Positions 35,398-39,128 of a DNA stretch of 39,128 bases are shown here, in pieces. Source of the stretch: Dirinaria sp. TL-2023a. Its lineage: Eukaryota. The notes under the pieces are model-generated. The model ran no database searches. It saw only the letters and a list, made by a program, of their open reading frames with translations, and was not told the origin of the DNA. Each line of letters starts with the position of its first letter. Positions within the stretch are counted from its first letter, which is position 1. The position numbers and the translations under genes are program-made. The stretch is from contig JAVEBF010000051.1 of assembly GCA_051941275.1 (NCBI GenBank), positions 1-39,128 on the forward strand, in the 5' to 3' direction.

Positions 35398-36942
35398 ATG
35401 AAGTCCGCGATACTCATCGCAGTGCTCGCGACTCTTCAAGCTGGCCCAATAGCGGCTCAAACTTACACTTCTTGCAACCCTCTCACAAGCGGTAAGCAAT
35501 TCTGTGGCATCCCTCACTCCAACAGCAATGGCTAAACACCTCCTAGGAAACTGCCCTGCAGACACTGCACTTGGACGCTCGGTCGACATCGACTTCACAC
35601 AGGGACAGTCCGACTCGTTCACGCCCCAAGGCAACCCGACGTACGACTCGAGCGGCGCTGGCTTTACTGTAGCGAAATCAGGCGATTCGCCGCAACTCAC
35701 TTCGAAATGGTACATCATGTTCGGTCACGTCGAGTTCACCTTGAAACCAGCGCCGGGTGTTGGTATCGTTAGTAGCGCTGTGATGCAATCGGATGACCTC
35801 GACGAAATCGATTGGGAGTGGCTGGGTGGTGACAGTCAGCAAGTCCAGAGCAACTACTTCGGCAAAGGCCAGACAACGACCTACAACCGTGGGGCGTTCC
35901 ATGCAAACCCCAACAATCAAGCGGCCTTCCATACCTACACAATTGATTGGACGGCGGACCAGATTGCGTGGCAAATTGACGGGACCACCGTACGGACGCT
36001 GACACCCGAAACCGCCGAGGCCGGACAGTACCCGCAGACTCCGATGATGATCAAGGTTGGGTCCTGGAGCGGAGGAGACCCATCTAATGCTCCAGGCACT
36101 GTCCAATGGGCTGGTGGCCCTACCGACTATTCCGCGGGACCCTACACCATGTATGTCAAGTCAATTGCCGTCACTGACTACTCCACTGGCTCTCAATACA
36201 CCTACTCCGGCACCGATGGCACGTGGCAGTCCATCAAGTCCAATGGAGGCGCCATCAACTCGAACTCAAAGGGCGCGACACCGGTGGACTCGGCAGCACC
36301 AGCGGTGACTTCAACATCCAATAGTGCTCCAATGCCGTTTGAAGGTACGCACCGTGACACTTCTTCGACCATCGTCAAGAGTGGCTACCCATGGGTCGCG
36401 ACCACGCTACAGACGAGTGCGACGTCGACAGCGACAACTTACCCCGGTCTGCCCGCCGGCTGGACTGTGACTAGCTCTGGCAAAGTACTCCCGCCGAGCA
36501 ACGCGGCGCCTGTGAGTGAGCCACCCTCCGTCCTCTGGCGGTTTACCTCTTATCGAATGTACATGCTGACTTGACATTGCAGTCTCCATCTCGCCCTACC
36601 TCTACATCGCAGGATTCCTCGCCGCAGGCTTCGGGTGCAGCTGGCGGATATAAAGTCACGACGGGGTGGGATCAACGCGGGTTCAAGACGACCAAGACTG
36701 TTGCCGACTCCGCCGCGACTCAAAAGCCCCAGTACAATGAGCAAGGATTTCTCATCACCCCGACTCCAGCTCTGCAGTCTCGATCATCGCCGACACCGGC
36801 TGCCAAAGTGGCTGATCAGGCCAGTAGCGGTGCCAATGTGCAGGTACACAAGGCTGCTGCTACGAACGGCGCGCAAGCGAAGAGTTTCGGCTCTCTCCCT
36901 TTCCTCGGTGCTGCATGTTTGGGCGGTGCATTACTTCTTTGA
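35398..36942 (+). CDS. GH16 Crh-family chitin-glucan transglycosylase, GPI-anchored, long form about 472 aa; exons 35398-35491, 35547-36511, 36583-36942
   Basis: Signal peptide, QTYTSCNPL..CPAD, catalytic DLDEIDWEW, FHTYTIDW, PQTPM, WAGG.TDY, a Ser/Thr-rich stalk and a hydrophobic C-terminus. Introns 35492-35546 and 36512-36582. Confidence 0.92.
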
Positions 36943-37727
36943 GCGTTCCAGCGGCATTAGCGTAGGTGTTTCGTTTTTACTTTCCCTTCCGGAGCCACGA
37001 ATGTATGAACAGGCTCTGAACACAGAGGAGCATTATTGACGGTATGGGAATACGGCAAATGGGGAATTAAGCGGGTCCAGGAAAAGGTCGAGACGATACT
37101 GCGGTTTAGAGTACTAGAGAACCCTCAAGGGATCCTTTTGTGTAGAAGACACATTAATTAAAGCAAGAAGCATGAATACGATTCACCAAAACAATCTTAC
37201 AATTTTCCAGAAGCCATCGGTCCCACCAGAGCTGTTGGGGGGGGTTTCGATGTACCCAGGTTACGCCGGGCTTAGCAGCTCGGCACAGGGACAAAGCTCA
37301 GCACTCAGCAGTCTCATATTTGTCTCCGACTGCATCTTCTCATGTTTATTTTTCACACGATCGTTTGTTTTGACAAGGAATAGGTACTCTCAATTCAGTC
37401 AGTCGAGCAAGATCAAACAACTCTATTATTAATTGCCCGGAAAAATAAAAAAAGCTGTTTCTAACTGGCATCGGCAAGGCCGATGAAATGGAGTAAAGAG
37501 GGCAACTATTAATGCATTTCGAAACGCGGGGTCTGTGACGTTCAGGTTCGAAGGGCCTCTTTGTTGAAGAAGGTTAGCGCTGCGAGTCTAAGGGACGATG
37601 CGCTCCATAGGACTTCCCCGAATCTCGATATCGGGATGACTTCTACCTTACCTATGGCCCCCATCTTTCCGGGCGGGTAAGGGAGCATGAGTCTCGAAAA
37701 AATCATGCAACGATAAAGAGCATCAAG

Positions 37728-39128
37728 ATGCTTGGGATATCCCACCTCCACTACCTAGGCTTCCTCGCCGCCTTTGTATACGTCTGTGTATACATTAATC
37801 GAAAGATCAAGGAACACCATGAGATCAAAGCTTTGGGGGGCTTCGCCCCGAAACTGCCCTCGCGATTACCTTGGGGTAGGCTAGGCACTTGTCACGCCAA
37901 TTCGAATCGTTGATTCTCCTTGTCCGCTTGCTGATAGAGAGATTTGATCAGGGATGGACGTTGTCGTACGCTTCGTCCGCAGTCAACTTCGGCACGAGGA
38001 TCTCAAGACCTGGCTCTGGCTCTATTCGCATTCCAACACCGAGGAGAATAAGACGGTCGAGTGTAATATTGGGGGGCAACGTATGATCTTCACCGCCGAT
38101 CCAGACAATATCCGCGCTGTGCTGGCGAGTCAGTTCGACGACTATGGCAAGGGCGAGCCGTTCCATGAGGATTGGAAAGACTTCCTTGGAGACTCCATCT
38201 TCACGACGGACGGGCAGCAGTGGTCCGAGAGCAGGAATCTGCTGCGGCCGCTTTTCATGAAGAACCGGGTCCGCGATTTCGAGATCTTTGAACGGCATAC
38301 TCAGAAGCTGATTGGCTTGATTGGGGCCAAGGGCCAAATGGTTGATATATCGGAGCTGTTTTATAGGTGAGTGCGCTTTTATGGGCGGGTTGGCCTTGAA
38401 AGTATCTGATGTGCCATCAGCTATACGCTAGACACAGCAACGGACTACCTCCTAGGAGCCTCGGTGAACTCGCTCGATACGGAAGATAATGACTTCGCCA
38501 CGTATTTTGACGAAGTACAACGTGTGCAGAGCCTCGTAGCACGCGCCGGGTACGTTCTTCCTCCCCCCTTTATCAAAAGTTGGATGCTGACAACAATGCT
38601 TTCTAGGCCGTTCAATCGCCTTATCCCGCGAAAATCGTTCAACGAAGGCATGAGAATGATCAACAATTACATCAACTTCTTCATCGACCGAGTGCCCCCG
38701 CCTTCTTCCGCCGGAGAAAAGGATACGAAAGAAGAAGGCTACACCTTCCTGCACGCTCTCTCCCGGCACACGTCTTCCAAAAAAGTCATGCGCGATCAAC
38801 TCGTCGCGATCCTGCTGGCAGGAAGGGACAGCACAGCAGGCACCCTATCCTTCCTCTTCGCCGAACTATCGCGGCACCCGGACGTCCTGGCCAAGCTGCG
38901 GAGAGAAATCCTCGACACCGTCGGCGCCCAGCGCGCACCCAGCTTCGAAGACATCAAAACCTGCAGCTACCTGCAACGAACCATCTCCGAGACCCTGCGC
39001 CTCTACCCGGCGGTGCCGTACAACGTGCGCCTCGCGCTCAAAGACACATCCTTACCTCACGGCGGCGGGCCGGACGGGAAACAGCCCATCGGCATCCTGA
39101 AAGACACCCCCGTCGGCTACTCCACCAT
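37728..39128 (+). CDS. Cytochrome P450, CYP52 clan (alkane/fatty-acid hydroxylase-like), truncated by the window end; exons 37728-37875, 37952-38366, 38421-38549, 38607->39128
   Basis: N-terminal membrane anchor, FLGDSIFTTDG..W..SR.LLRP.F, I-helix LLAGRDSTA, ETLRLYP.VP.N.R and LPHGGGPDG. Three GT-AG introns (37876-37951, 38367-38420, 38550-38606). The heme Cys lies beyond the window. Confidence 0.92.

Noticed and set aside
36512..36574. Intron-retained Crh C-terminus (VSEPPSVLWRFTSYRMYMLT) from the ORF track
   Set aside because: It lies within a clear intron (GCTGAC branch, CAG acceptor) and lacks a GPI-like tail.

Overview
Gene-dense, intron-containing genomic DNA from a filamentous ascomycete (Pezizomycotina inferred from short GT-AG introns with CTRAY branch points and from the gene families). 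I could build 13 protein-coding gene models: secreted tyrosinase, Ssr4/DUF1750 chromatin-remodelling subunit, RED/IK-like protein, GH128 beta-1,3-glucanase-like protein, Isc1 sphingolipid phospholipase C, Swd3/WDR5, secreted GMC oxidoreductase, SET-domain protein, a metallo-beta-lactamase-like hypothetical protein, adenylate cyclase, cytosolic tyrosyl-tRNA synthetase, a GH16 Crh transglycosylase and a CYP52-clan P450 cut by the window end. I found no mobile elements, RNA genes or CRISPR arrays. The two strongest unexplained signals concern protein isoforms. (1) The long second intron of adenylate cyclase hides an in-frame ATG in strong context encoding MGLVASC, a myristoylation-plus-palmitoylation-type N-terminus, which suggests an alternative membrane-targeted isoform. 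(2) The Crh gene has tandem splice donors 4 nt apart that read the last exon in two frames, and both frames end in a GPI-anchor-like signal. All exon boundaries were read by eye and need RNA-seq confirmation.
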